DNA of 64,000 nt from an uncultured Methanosarcinales archaeon (GTDB lineage: Archaea > Nanobdellota > Nanobdellia > Woesearchaeales > GW2011-AR9), in assembly GCA_964343575.1 (NCBI GenBank), contig CAYFJV010000002.1:195585-259584 (forward strand), read 5' to 3'. Of the stretch, positions 1 to 9,363 are shown one piece after another (positions within the stretch are counted from its first letter, which is position 1; each line of letters opens with the position of its first letter). The notes under the pieces are model-generated. The model worked only from the letters and a program-made list of their open reading frames with translations, was not told where the DNA came from and did not search any database. The position numbers and the translations under genes are program-made.

Positions 1-2
1 CA

Positions 3-482
3 AAAGCAGAGAAAAAGTGGGCTCAAAAGATCAACAAGAAAGAGCGAAGAAAAGCTATTCGAAGTGCAATGTCTGCAACTCTAAACAAAGAAGTTGTTGC
101 AGGACGTGGTCACAAAGTCCCTGAAAATTATCCTTTTATCTTAGCAAGTGATGTTGAAACTCTTGCAAAAACAAGCGATGTTCAAAAACTCCTCAAAGAG
201 CTTGGTTTCGAAGCTGAACTTACTCGAAGTGCAGAGAAAAAAGTTCGTGCTGGTCGAGGAAAAACTCGTGGAAGAAAATACCAAAGAAAGAAAGGTGTTT
301 TAGTTGTGGTCTCTGGGGAATGTGCTCTTGAGAAAGCTGCTCGAAACATTCCTGGTATTGATGTACTTCACGCGAACTCTTTGGATTGTACTGTGCTTGC
401 ACCTGGTGCTCATGCGGGGCGTGTCGCACTTTGGACTGAAGCAGCAGTAAATAAAATTGAAGAAGGAAAACTTTATCTTTAA
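3..482 (+). CDS. rpl4: 50S ribosomal protein L4 (uL4), 5'-partial
   Basis: Frame open from the window start (KAEKKWAQKINKKERRKAIRSAM...). RAGRGKTRGRKY and LAPGAHAGR motifs of archaeal L4; first gene of the S10-type cluster. Confidence 0.95.
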   Translation, partial: KAEKKWAQKINKKERRKAIRSAMSATLNKEVVAGRGHKVPENYPFILASDVETLAKTSDVQKLLKELGFEAELTRSAEKKVRAGRGKTRGRKYQRKKGVLVVVSGECALEKAARNIPGIDVLHANSLDCTVLAPGAHAGRVALWTEAAVNKIEEGKLYL

Positions 483-501
483 GATTAATTAAATTTCAAA
501 A

Positions 502-837
502 ATGGCAGAAGCAAAAAAACCAGCAAGTGCAGGAAAGGAATCCTCTGAAGTTGCAAAGAGTTTGTTAGAGGAAGCTTTGGACCCTTACTTGGTAATTCGC
601 TCTCCATTAGCAACCGAGAAGTGTATTCGTGCTGTTGAGTTTGGAAACACTCTTACTTTTGCTGTTCATCCTCGCGCTACTAAGCGAGATGTAAAGAAGG
701 CAGTTGAGCAGTTGTTTAAAGTGAAAGTTGCTAAGGTAAATATGCAGAATGCGGTTAATGGGACGAAGAAAGCTTATGTGAAATTGGCTCCAAGTCATTT
801 GGCATCTGATGTGAGTGCTGACCTAGGGTTTATCTAG
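502..837 (+). CDS. rpl23: 50S ribosomal protein L23 (uL23)
   Basis: PLATEK, NTLTFAV and KKAYVKL motifs; lies between L4 and L2. Confidence 0.95.
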   Translation: MAEAKKPASAGKESSEVAKSLLEEALDPYLVIRSPLATEKCIRAVEFGNTLTFAVHPRATKRDVKKAVEQLFKVKVAKVNMQNAVNGTKKAYVKLAPSHLASDVSADLGFI

Positions 838-899
838 GTGTGAGAAAATACTATTCAGAAAAAATCAAAACAAAAAATCAAATAAAACAAAGCTGAAAA

Positions 900-1610
900 A
901 TGGGAAAACGAATCCTTCAACAACGACGTGGACGTGGATTTAGGTACCGCTCACCTAGTCATAGGTATAAAGGCGCAGCTAAACATTACGCTGAGTCGGC
1001 TGAAGGAGTAGTCCTTGATTTAGTAAACTGTCCTGGACACAGCGCACCTTTGATGGTTGTTGAGTTTGACACTGGTGATATGAACCTTACTTTGGCTCCA
1101 AAAGGGATCAAGGTTGGAAGTGCCGTTCGTGTTGGCTCTGTTCCCGAAGGTGGCGTGGTTTCAGATGGTACCGTTTTAGCTTTGAAGGACCTTCCTGAAG
1201 GGACTTTGGTCTACAACATTGAAGCTCGTCCAGGAGATGGTGGGAAGTTTGTTCGAAGTTCTGGCGCTTTTGCTAAGATTTTGGCAAAGACTGATGCTGG
1301 GGTTCGACTAAAGTTGCCTTCAAAACGAGAAAAAATCTTTTTACCGGATTGTCGTGCTGCCGTTGGTAGCGTTGCAGGGTCTGGTCGAACTGAAAAGCCC
1401 TTCTTGAAAGCTGGGAATAAATTTCATAAAATGCGAGCACGAAATAAGTTATATCCAAAAGTTTGTGGGGTGTCCATGAACTCTGTAGACCATCCATTCG
1501 GTGGAAGTAGCTCTCACAGTAAGGGAAGACCAACTCAGTCTCCTCGTAGTGCTCCTCCTGGAAGGAAGGTTGGTAAGATTGCTCCGAGACGAACAGGGAG
1601 GAAACGATAA
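900..1610 (+). CDS. rpl2: 50S ribosomal protein L2 (uL2)
   Basis: MGKRILQQRRGRG start; GVSMNSVDHPFGG and PPGRKVGKIAPRRTG motifs. Confidence 0.98.
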   Translation: MGKRILQQRRGRGFRYRSPSHRYKGAAKHYAESAEGVVLDLVNCPGHSAPLMVVEFDTGDMNLTLAPKGIKVGSAVRVGSVPEGGVVSDGTVLALKDLPEGTLVYNIEARPGDGGKFVRSSGAFAKILAKTDAGVRLKLPSKREKIFLPDCRAAVGSVAGSGRTEKPFLKAGNKFHKMRARNKLYPKVCGVSMNSVDHPFGGSSSHSKGRPTQSPRSAPPGRKVGKIAPRRTGRKR

Positions 1611-1990
1611 TGGCAAAAGAACTCAAGTGGCGTGGTATGTCTGAAGCCCAGGTTAAAGAACTCGAGTGGGATGCTTTTTTGAAGTTGCTTCCTGCACGAA
1701 GGAGAAGGAGTTTAACTCGTGAACGTACTGATGATCAAAAGGCTTTGCTTAAGAAGATTGAAGCAGGTGAGCGAAACATCAAAACTCATAGTAGAAATAT
1801 GGTAGTAATTCCTGCTATGCTTGGACAAACCATTCATATTCACAGTGGAAAAACTTTTGTCCCGATCACTATTACTTTAGAAATGCTTGGACATTGCCTT
1901 GGCGAATTTGCACCAAGTCGAAAGATGGTAAGTCACAGCTCTGCAGGGGTTGGATCTACAAGGTCAAGTAAGGCGGTGTCTGCACGATAA
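1610..1990 (+). CDS. rps19: 30S ribosomal protein S19 (uS19)
   Basis: IKTHSRNM, MLGHCLGEFAP and GSTRSSK motifs. Confidence 0.96.
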   Translation: MAKELKWRGMSEAQVKELEWDAFLKLLPARRRRSLTRERTDDQKALLKKIEAGERNIKTHSRNMVVIPAMLGQTIHIHSGKTFVPITITLEMLGHCLGEFAPSRKMVSHSSAGVGSTRSSKAVSAR

Positions 1991-2022
1991 GGAATGTTAA
2001 GGTAGCTAAGTTAACAACAAAG

Positions 2023-2628
2023 ATGGCAAAAACAACTCAAAAAGAAACTGGACGAGAAGCAGGACATGTAGCTAGGGCTAGTTCACGCTCTTTGTCTATC
2101 TCTACAAAGCACTCTGTTGAGATCAGCAGCCATCTTCGTTACAAGCGTCTTGGCGATGCAAAAAAGATCTTAGAAGATGCTATTGCACTTCGAAGAGCGA
2201 TTCCTTTCAAGCGATTTAAACGAGATATTGGTCACAAGCGGGGCATGGCTTCTGGGCGTTACATTCCAAAAGCGGCACGCGCATTTTTGGGCTTACTCAA
2301 ATCTGTTGAGGCTAATGCTCAAGATCTTGGTTTAGATGCTGCAAATTTGAAAATCACTAAAATTTTAGCAAACAAGGCTTCCATTCCTGGGGCTGGCGGA
2401 CGAACTCGTGGTTCTCCTAAGCGAACTCATGTTGAAATTGAAGTTCGTGAAGCTAAGGCAAAGCCCGCTAAGACTAAGAAAAAGGCAAAAGCGACTAAAG
2501 CTAAGGCTGCCCCTGTCAAAAAAGAGACAAGGGCTGAAGCTCCTGCTGAGAAGAGAGAGGAAGCTAAAAAAGAAGAAGTAAAGGTTGCAAAAGATGCTAA
2601 GAAGAAAAGTGAAGGTGCTTCCCAATGA
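2023..2628 (+). CDS. rpl22: 50S ribosomal protein L22 (uL22) with Lys/Ala/Glu-rich C-terminal tail
   Basis: ISTKHSVEI, GRYIPKAA and THVEIEV motifs; synteny. Confidence 0.95.
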   Translation: MAKTTQKETGREAGHVARASSRSLSISTKHSVEISSHLRYKRLGDAKKILEDAIALRRAIPFKRFKRDIGHKRGMASGRYIPKAARAFLGLLKSVEANAQDLGLDAANLKITKILANKASIPGAGGRTRGSPKRTHVEIEVREAKAKPAKTKKKAKATKAKAAPVKKETRAEAPAEKREEAKKEEVKVAKDAKKKSEGASQ

Positions 2629-3482
2629 TTGAGAGAGAATTTATTGCTCAAAAGACAAAAGAGTACTACATCCGAAAGCATATTGATGCTACCTTGCGTG
2701 GTGCAGAGATCTCTGATATTAAACTTAAGAAAATCCCTCTTGGAGAGAAAATCATTATCACTACAAGTAGGCCAAGTCTGATTGTTGGTTCCAAAGGGTC
2801 AAACATCAAGGCGCTTACTGCTCACTTGAAGAAAAACTTTGGATTAGAAAACCCGCGAGTAGAAATCGTTGAAGTAAAGAATCCTTATGCAGATGCAAGT
2901 GTTGTTGCAGCAAGGATTGCAAGCAGCTTGGAGCGATTTGGTTCTGCTCGTTTCAAGGGAGTTGGTCACAAGACTATGGCGAATGTGCTTCGTGCGGGAT
3001 CTTTGGGGGTGGAGATTAAGATCTCTGGAAAAATTCCTGGTGCTCGTGCTAAGAGTTGGCGATTTTACCAAGGGTATCTGAAAAAGTCCGGAGATATTGC
3101 AACCTCTGGAGTACAAACTGCGTACTCTTCTGCTCTTTTGAAGACGGGAGTTATTGGAATTCAGGTAAGGATCATGCCTCCGGGGCTTACTTTGCCAGAT
3201 CATATTGAAATCTTAGATGAAGTTCAGCAAGAAGAGAGTGTTCAAGATTTAGAAAAGGAGAAGGAAGTTAGCAAAGAAGTTGCTGGAGAGAAAGAGCCAA
3301 AGAAGGTTGCTCCAAAGAAGAAAACAACTAAGAAAAAAGCTGCTAAGAAGAAAGAAGCAGTTGAGGAAACTAAGTCTGAAGAAGCTCAAGCTGAAGCAAC
3401 TGAAGAGAAGAAAGAAGAATCTGAAGCTCCTGCTAAAGAAGTAGAAACTGAAGAGAAAGTTGGAGCACCTCTTGAAGAATAA
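2625..3482 (+). CDS. rps3: 30S ribosomal protein S3 (uS3) with charged tail
   Basis: KH domain RPSLIVGSKG; GVEIKISGKI and GVIGIQVRIMPP motifs. Confidence 0.97.
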   Translation: MIEREFIAQKTKEYYIRKHIDATLRGAEISDIKLKKIPLGEKIIITTSRPSLIVGSKGSNIKALTAHLKKNFGLENPRVEIVEVKNPYADASVVAARIASSLERFGSARFKGVGHKTMANVLRAGSLGVEIKISGKIPGARAKSWRFYQGYLKKSGDIATSGVQTAYSSALLKTGVIGIQVRIMPPGLTLPDHIEILDEVQQEESVQDLEKEKEVSKEVAGEKEPKKVAPKKKTTKKKAAKKKEAVEETKSEEAQAEATEEKKEESEAPAKEVETEEKVGAPLEE

Positions 3483-3493
3483 GGATCATAAAA

Positions 3494-3700
3494 ATGAAAA
3501 TCACAAAAGAATTGCGAACAATGTCCGAAGCCGACTTGAAAAAACGGCGAGAAGAACTTAAAAAGGAAGTACTTAAGTATAACGGGCAGCGAGCAAGTGG
3601 GACGAACCCAGAGAATGTTGGGAAACTTCGTCAGTCAAGAAAGAATATTGCTCGGATCAATACTCTTTTGAGACAAAAACAAAAGGAGTTGTTAGAATAG
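3494..3700 (+). CDS. rpl29: 50S ribosomal protein L29 (uL29)
   Basis: ELRTMS and RKNIARINT motifs; synteny. Confidence 0.93.
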   Translation: MKITKELRTMSEADLKKRREELKKEVLKYNGQRASGTNPENVGKLRQSRKNIARINTLLRQKQKELLE

Positions 3701-3704
3701 AGAA

Positions 3705-4010
3705 ATGGTTGATATCGATCCAATTACCGGGTTGCCTAAAGAGCTTGTCTCTTTTGAACAGGTTGTTCGGGAACATCAAAAAATCACCGTAAGTATCGAG
3801 AAGAAAAAGTTCGGGAAAAAGTATACTATTGTTTCCGGATTTGATAGTGGCGTTGACGTAAACGACGTTGCTAAGAAGTTAAAATCAAAATTCGCTTGTG
3901 GCGGAACTGGAAAAGATGGAAGAGTTGAACTCCAGGGAGATCACAAATCAAGAATTCGGGAAGCGCTCAGCTCTTTGGGCTTTCCAGCAGAGACTGTTGA
4001 AGTCAAGTAG
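3705..4010 (+). CDS. sui1: Translation initiation factor aIF1 (SUI1)
   Basis: LKSKFACGGT and VELQGDH motifs; archaeal position after L29. Confidence 0.95.
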   Translation: MVDIDPITGLPKELVSFEQVVREHQKITVSIEKKKFGKKYTIVSGFDSGVDVNDVAKKLKSKFACGGTGKDGRVELQGDHKSRIREALSSLGFPAETVEVK

Positions 4011-4052
4011 TTTGGCTTATTCGTGTCTTTGCGAAGTAAACGAGACATTGTC

Positions 4053-4295
4053 ATGAAAAAAACAAGCTTCGCAGGAACCCTCTTGGGGAAGACTGTTAGG
4101 GTAGTGGCTTCGAACAATCCAACTCAGCAAGGTTTGCAAGGAGAGATTGTTGATGAGACGCTTAAGACACTTTGCCTATCTATTGGTGGGGAGAGAAAAG
4201 TGCTCTTTAAAGTTGGACTTGTCCTTGAAGAACTTGACAGTGGAAAAAAGATCTCTGGCTTGGATCGTCGAGCTGAGGATCGCTTGAAAGGTTAA
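4053..4295 (+). CDS. rnp1: RNase P protein subunit Rnp1 (Rpp29/POP4)
   Basis: LLGKTVRVVASNNP..GLQGEIVDET and C-terminal RAEDRLK; canonical position between SUI1 and S17. An alternative GTG start is at 4023. Confidence 0.88.
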   Translation: MKKTSFAGTLLGKTVRVVASNNPTQQGLQGEIVDETLKTLCLSIGGERKVLFKVGLVLEELDSGKKISGLDRRAEDRLKG

Positions 4296-4335
4296 GATTG
4301 ACATTCAAAAATTAACACTCAAAACGAAATCGAAA

Positions 4336-4686
4336 ATGAAACAAACAACTAAGAAAACAGTACTTGGGGTTGAAGCACCTGCAAAACCAGAGCAGTACGA
4401 TAGAAACTGCCCCTTTTATGGAGAGCTAGCTGTAAAGCCAGAAACTATGGTTGGAACTGTTGTGAAAAAAGATACTCACGGCTCAGCAACTATTGAATGG
4501 GCCCGATCAGTTTCCGTTCCGAAATATGAGCGTAGTGAGAAGCGAACCAGTAGAATGCGTGTGCATAACCCAAATAGTGTGAATGCGCAAATTGGTCAAA
4601 AAGTGCTTGTTGCTCGAACAAGACCGATTAGTAAAACTAAACATCATGTTATCTTGAAAGTACTTGATGCGAACGCTGAAGCGTGA
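4336..4686 (+). CDS. rps17: 30S ribosomal protein S17 (uS17)
   Basis: CPFYG, PKYERSEKRTS..VHNP and TRPISKTK motifs. Confidence 0.96.
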   Translation: MKQTTKKTVLGVEAPAKPEQYDRNCPFYGELAVKPETMVGTVVKKDTHGSATIEWARSVSVPKYERSEKRTSRMRVHNPNSVNAQIGQKVLVARTRPISKTKHHVILKVLDANAEA

Positions 4687-4727
4687 GAAGAAAAAGAGAT
4701 GGAGAATCAAAGAGATTATAATCAAAA

Positions 4728-5129
4728 ATGAAAGCAATCAAAGCAAAGGTTACTCGTGGACTTCCAAGCCAAGCAGTTGTTCCTACTTGTGATAACTCTG
4801 GAGCAAAGGTACTCAAAATTGTTTCCGTGAAAGGACACAAAACCGTTAAGGGAAGAATGCCTGCTGCAGGAGTTGGAGATCTTGTCCTTGCTTCTGTTCG
4901 AAAAGGGAAGCTAGATATGAGAAAGACCGTGGTTCCTGCTGTGATTGTTCGTCAGAAAAAAGAATATCGAAGACCAGATGGAACTCGTGTAAAGTTTGAA
5001 GATAACGCAGCAATTGTTCTTAAAGATGAAAAAGGAAACCCAAAGGGAACTTTGATCAAAGGTCCGATTGCAAAGGAAGTTGTTGAGAGATGGCCGGCGG
5101 TTGCAAAGATTGCAAAGATCGTGGTGTAA
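4728..5129 (+). CDS. rpl14: 50S ribosomal protein L14 (uL14)
   Basis: CDNSGAK, FEDNAAI and KGPIAKEV motifs. Confidence 0.98.
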   Translation: MKAIKAKVTRGLPSQAVVPTCDNSGAKVLKIVSVKGHKTVKGRMPAAGVGDLVLASVRKGKLDMRKTVVPAVIVRQKKEYRRPDGTRVKFEDNAAIVLKDEKGNPKGTLIKGPIAKEVVERWPAVAKIAKIVV

Positions 5130-5166
5130 GTAAGGAATTAGAAATTAAAACTAAGTCAAAATCAAA

Positions 5167-5625
5167 ATGGTAATTAAAAGTTTAGCAAAGGTTCGTAGCA
5201 CCTTGAGTACTCAGGCTCGAAAGCAGCGCAAGGCTCGAAGGAAAGCTCGTTTGCACCTTCAGCAAAAGTTTGCTCATGCGCATCTTTCGCCGGATCTGCG
5301 TAAAAAGCACGGTTACCGAAATGTACAACTTCGAAAAGGAGACAAGGTAAAGGTTATGCGAGGTCAGTTCAGGAAGAAAGAGGATCTTGTTGAGCGTGTT
5401 GATCTGAAGCGTGAGCAAGTCTACGTTCGTGGAGTTGAACTTGTGAAGAAGGACGGGAGTAAGGTACTTTATCCTCTTCGAGCTTCAAATTTAATGATTA
5501 CTTCGTTAGATCTCTCTGATAAGAAGAGAAAAGCAAAGTTGCAGAAGACAAAGACAGCAAGTACAAGTGCTGGTAGCAAAGTTGCGGATAAGCCAGTAAA
5601 ATCGGTAAAAGGAGATTCAAATTAA
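5167..5625 (+). CDS. rpl24: 50S ribosomal protein L24 (uL24)
   Basis: HLSPDLRKKHG, KOW motif RKGDKVKVMRG, SNLMIT. Confidence 0.95.
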   Translation: MVIKSLAKVRSTLSTQARKQRKARRKARLHLQQKFAHAHLSPDLRKKHGYRNVQLRKGDKVKVMRGQFRKKEDLVERVDLKREQVYVRGVELVKKDGSKVLYPLRASNLMITSLDLSDKKRKAKLQKTKTASTSAGSKVADKPVKSVKGDSN

Positions 5626-5626
5626 A

Positions 5627-6298
5627 ATGACATCACATCTTAAGCGAATTGCGGCACCTCGAACCTGGGGAATGCTTGATAGAAAGGAGAACAAGTTTAC
5701 CTTGCGTCCTCACCCAAGTGGACACAGCATGGAATTCACTCTCGCTTTAGGTACTGTCTTGAGAGATTACCTTGGCCTTGCGGGAACTATGGCAGAGGCT
5801 CAAAAACTTTGCCATGCAAACGAAGTGCTTGTGGATGGGAAACGAAGGAAAGATCGTCGTGCTACTATTGGTCTTTTTGATGTGTTGAGTATCCCTACTT
5901 TAAAGAAGCAATGGCGAGTAACTCTTGATGCTAAAGGGCGTCTTATTGTTGAAGAACTTGCCGCTAATGCTGCTGGGCAGAAAGTTGCTCGTGTAGTCGG
6001 AAAAACCATGCTTGCTGGCGGAAAATTACAATTAAACCTTTACGATGGAAAAAACATCTTGGTTGGGAAGGATCAAAAGGTTCGTGTTGGAGATTCAGTT
6101 GTTATCTCTTTGCCTGACTTGAAGGTGAAAAAAGTGCTTGCGCTTGAAGAAGGTGCAACTGTCTTCCTTGTAAAGGGAAAGCATGCTGGAGCAACAGGTA
6201 CTTTGAAGAGTGTTGTTGCGGATACTGCAAAATATTTGAATGCAGATAAAGAAGAAATTGAGACCAGCAAACGTTATTTGTTTGTTGTTGAGAATTAA
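5627..6298 (+). CDS. rps4e: 30S ribosomal protein S4e (eS4)
   Basis: HLKRIAAP, VLVDGK, IGLFDV and GKHAG motifs. Confidence 0.96.
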   Translation: MTSHLKRIAAPRTWGMLDRKENKFTLRPHPSGHSMEFTLALGTVLRDYLGLAGTMAEAQKLCHANEVLVDGKRRKDRRATIGLFDVLSIPTLKKQWRVTLDAKGRLIVEELAANAAGQKVARVVGKTMLAGGKLQLNLYDGKNILVGKDQKVRVGDSVVISLPDLKVKKVLALEEGATVFLVKGKHAGATGTLKSVVADTAKYLNADKEEIETSKRYLFVVEN

Positions 6299-6331
6299 AT
6301 GAGAATTAAATGACTTAGGAATTAGTGGAAA

Positions 6332-6862
6332 ATGAGTGAAACAAAACAAAATACTTCCAACCCAATGCGGGAAATTAGGGTAACTAAAATTACTCTGAAT
6401 GTTGGGGCGGGAAAGAATGAGGAAATGCTCAAGAAGGGCCTTAAGCTTTTGGGTAAACTGTCCTCTGTTAAGCCAGTTACTACCACTAGTTCGAAAAGAA
6501 TTCCTGGTTGGGGATTAAGGCCAGGTCTTAAGATTGGAGTTAAGGTTACTGTTCGAAAAGAGGCTGAAGCTCTTTTGAAGCGGCTTTTGGAGGCTAAGGA
6601 GAATCGATTGAGTCCAAAGAGCTTTGATAAGAGCGGGAACTTTTCCTTTGGAATTCATGAGTACATTGACATTCCTGGATTGGAGTATGATCCTGATTTG
6701 AAAATTATGGGTCTGGAAGTTGCAGTGAGCTTGGAGCGACCTGGATACCGAATCAAGAAGAGAAGATTGGCTACCAAAAAGGTAGGAAAAAAGCACCAAG
6801 TAAGCAAAGAAGATGCGATTGCTTTTGTTCAAGAGAGACTTGGTATTACTGTTGAAGCTTAG
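6332..6862 (+). CDS. rpl5: 50S ribosomal protein L5 (uL5)
   Basis: NPMREI..KITLNVG and FDKSGNFSFGIHEYIDIPG motifs. Confidence 0.97.
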   Translation: MSETKQNTSNPMREIRVTKITLNVGAGKNEEMLKKGLKLLGKLSSVKPVTTTSSKRIPGWGLRPGLKIGVKVTVRKEAEALLKRLLEAKENRLSPKSFDKSGNFSFGIHEYIDIPGLEYDPDLKIMGLEVAVSLERPGYRIKKRRLATKKVGKKHQVSKEDAIAFVQERLGITVEA

Positions 6863-6893
6863 AGCTTAAAGAGGAAAAGATAGGAGATTTAAA

Positions 6894-7124
6894 ATGACAT
6901 CAAGCAAATGGGATAAACCCCTTAAACAACTGAAGCACAAGCCAGTGAAAATGGCAAAGTACATTAAACACAATAAGCCTAAGAAGCGAAGTTGTGGTAA
7001 GGCAAAGGTAAGTTGTAAGATTACTGGAACTCACCGTGGACTTATTCGAAAGTATGGTCTCGACATCTGTAGACACAGCTTTAGAGAAGTTGCTCAGAGT
7101 TTAGGATTTAAGAAATATAATTGA
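6894..7124 (+). CDS. rps14: 30S ribosomal protein S14 (uS14), Zn ligands partly lost
   Basis: GLIRKYGLDICRHSFREVA..LGFKKY; synteny between L5 and S8. Confidence 0.94.
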   Translation: MTSSKWDKPLKQLKHKPVKMAKYIKHNKPKKRSCGKAKVSCKITGTHRGLIRKYGLDICRHSFREVAQSLGFKKYN

Positions 7125-7176
7125 TGAAAACAGAATAAGATTTGATATTAATTTGAGAAAAATAGGAGAATAAAAA

Positions 7177-7566
7177 ATGCAAAACGATCCATTAGCAGCG
7201 GCATTAGCAAAGATTAACAATGCTGAGAAAGTAGGAAAGAAGGAAGTTCTGCTTAGTCCTGCTTCCAAGATGCTTCGAAAAGTACTTGCGCTCATGAACG
7301 AACACAATTATGTAGGTTCCCTTGAAGAAGTGCAAGATGGATCACACATCACTCTTAAAGTGCATTTGCTTGGAAATATCAATAAGTGTAATGTTATCAA
7401 GCCGCGCTTTTCTACTAAGCAACACGAGTTTGCGAAATGGGAGAAGCGTTACTTGCCAGCACGAGACTTCGGTTTCATTGTGGTTTCAACTCCACAGGGG
7501 GTTATGACCCATAGCGAGGCGAAAGGAAAGGGCATTGGAGGAAAACTCCTTGCTTATTGTTACTAA
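7177..7566 (+). CDS. rps8: 30S ribosomal protein S8 (uS8)
   Basis: DPLA, IKPRF, VSTPQGVMTH and GGKLLAYCY motifs. Confidence 0.97.
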   Translation: MQNDPLAAALAKINNAEKVGKKEVLLSPASKMLRKVLALMNEHNYVGSLEEVQDGSHITLKVHLLGNINKCNVIKPRFSTKQHEFAKWEKRYLPARDFGFIVVSTPQGVMTHSEAKGKGIGGKLLAYCY

Positions 7567-7605
7567 CTTTAAAGTTATCATACTTCAAAAATAGGTATAA
7601 AGAGA

Positions 7606-8151
7606 ATGAAAGAAAACATCCAAAAGGAACTTGCACTCCCACAAGGCGTTACTGCGACTTATGTTGCGGGCCAGCTTACTGTGAAGGGCCCTAAAGGAGA
7701 AGTTTCTCGCTCTTTATCTTATCCAACAATTGTGCTTGCTGTTGAGGATGGAAAGGTTGTTTTGTCTTCTCCTAAGGCAACCAAGCGTGAGAAACGGATG
7801 ATTGGAACTTTTGAATCTCACATTAAAAACATGATTAAAGGAGTTCAGGAAATGTTTGAGTATAAACTTAAGATTTGCTCTGGTCACTTTCCTATGAACG
7901 TTGCGGTTTCCGGTAACAAACTCACAGTGAAAAACTTCCTTGGGGAGAAACATCCTCGGAATCTTAGCTTTGATGCTCAAGCTAAGGTAAAGGTAAACGG
8001 TACTGAAATTTCAGTGAGTGCTTGTTCAAAAGAACTCGCTGGACAAGTAAGTGCAAGCATCGAGCAGCTTTGCAGAATAACTAACAAAGATGTTCGAATT
8101 TTCCAAGATGGTATTTGGATTACTCACAAAGCAAAGACAGAAAGGACTTGA
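7606..8151 (+). CDS. rpl6: 50S ribosomal protein L6 (uL6)
   Basis: VKGPKG, HFPM, NFLGEK and DVRIFQDGIWI motifs. Confidence 0.97.
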   Translation: MKENIQKELALPQGVTATYVAGQLTVKGPKGEVSRSLSYPTIVLAVEDGKVVLSSPKATKREKRMIGTFESHIKNMIKGVQEMFEYKLKICSGHFPMNVAVSGNKLTVKNFLGEKHPRNLSFDAQAKVKVNGTEISVSACSKELAGQVSASIEQLCRITNKDVRIFQDGIWITHKAKTERT

Positions 8152-8206
8152 AAAGGTAAAAGATTATACTCAATAATAGCATCGAAAAGAATCAGAAAAT
8201 CAAAAA

Positions 8207-8866
8207 ATGGCAGATAAAAAAGACGCATTGGCAGTACGTTTGGCTCAGAAGAAGCGCAAGCCAGCTTTTGTGGTTAAGGAGTCCTCTTTTAGTGCACGGG
8301 TAAAGAAGAGGTGGAGATTTCCTCGAGGAAAACACTCCAAAGTTCGACAGATGCACAAAGGAAGAAACGCACTTCCTAACCCGGGTTATGGTGCCCCGAA
8401 GCTTGTTCGAGGCGTAGATGCAAAATCTGGTCTTTACCCAGTTGTTATTGCTAGTGAGAAAGATCTTCTTGCCGTTGATAAAGCAAGCCAAGGTGTTCTT
8501 CTCTCCGCGAAGTTGGGGATTCGAAGGAAAATCGTACTTATTCAAAAGGTTCAAGAGTTGGGTTTAACTCTTCTTAATATTAAGGATCCGGCAGCTTATG
8601 TTAGGGGTGCTCAAAAAGCAGTTCAAGAGAGAAAAACTGCTGGTAAAGAGCGAAGCGCAGCTAAGCAAAAGCGAGATGCGAAGGCAGCAGCGGCGGCTGA
8701 GGCTCAGAAAAAAGAAGAGAAGAGTGCCCCAGATGTTTCAAAAGAAGAGAAGCAGACAAAGCAAGCAGATAAGCCAAAAAAATCAGAATCAAAAAGTGAA
8801 GCTTCAAAGGTGGAAGCTAAGAAGGAAGTGAAAAAAGAAGTAAAAACTGAAGGTGCTTCCCAATGA
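8207..8866 (+). CDS. rpl32e: 50S ribosomal protein L32e with long charged C-terminal extension
   Basis: RWRFPRGKHSKVR and PNPGYGAP motifs; synteny. Confidence 0.93.
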   Translation: MADKKDALAVRLAQKKRKPAFVVKESSFSARVKKRWRFPRGKHSKVRQMHKGRNALPNPGYGAPKLVRGVDAKSGLYPVVIASEKDLLAVDKASQGVLLSAKLGIRRKIVLIQKVQELGLTLLNIKDPAAYVRGAQKAVQERKTAGKERSAAKQKRDAKAAAAAEAQKKEEKSAPDVSKEEKQTKQADKPKKSESKSEASKVEAKKEVKKEVKTEGASQ

Positions 8867-9324
8867 AAGGAAAAAAACGATTAGCAGCTAGTATTATGAA
8901 GACCTCCCCTAAGAAGGTTCGTCTCGTAGCTGGAGCACTTGAAGAAGTAAAAAAGGCGATCACTCGGGCAGACATTCGTGGTTTGATTGCAGTTGGTAAA
9001 ATTCAAAAGGTACGCAGTAACGCACAATCTCGCTGCCGGGCTCGAAAAATTAGTGCACAGAAAAGTAAAGGAAGACAAAAAGGGAGAGGTTCCAAAAAAG
9101 GAAAAGCCCGTTCAACTCTAAGTAGAAAAGATGCTTGGATGCTTAAAATTCGAACTCAGAGAGCTTTCATTAAAGAGCTTCGTGCAAAAGGTTTAGTGAG
9201 TGTGAGTGATTATAGAAAGCTCTATAACAAGAGCAAGGGTGGTTACTTTAGGAACAAGCGTCACATTAAGTTGTACATTGCTGAACAGCAAATGGTACAA
9301 AGAGAGCAGAAGGTTTCAAAATAA
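8863..9324 (+). CDS. rpl19e: 50S ribosomal protein L19e
   Basis: KRLAA, AITRADIR, GRGSKKG, WMLKIR and LYNKSKGG motifs. Confidence 0.96.
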   Translation: MKGKKRLAASIMKTSPKKVRLVAGALEEVKKAITRADIRGLIAVGKIQKVRSNAQSRCRARKISAQKSKGRQKGRGSKKGKARSTLSRKDAWMLKIRTQRAFIKELRAKGLVSVSDYRKLYNKSKGGYFRNKRHIKLYIAEQQMVQREQKVSK

Positions 9325-9363
9325 GAAACTGACAATTAACAATTATAGGTAATAATAATAAAA

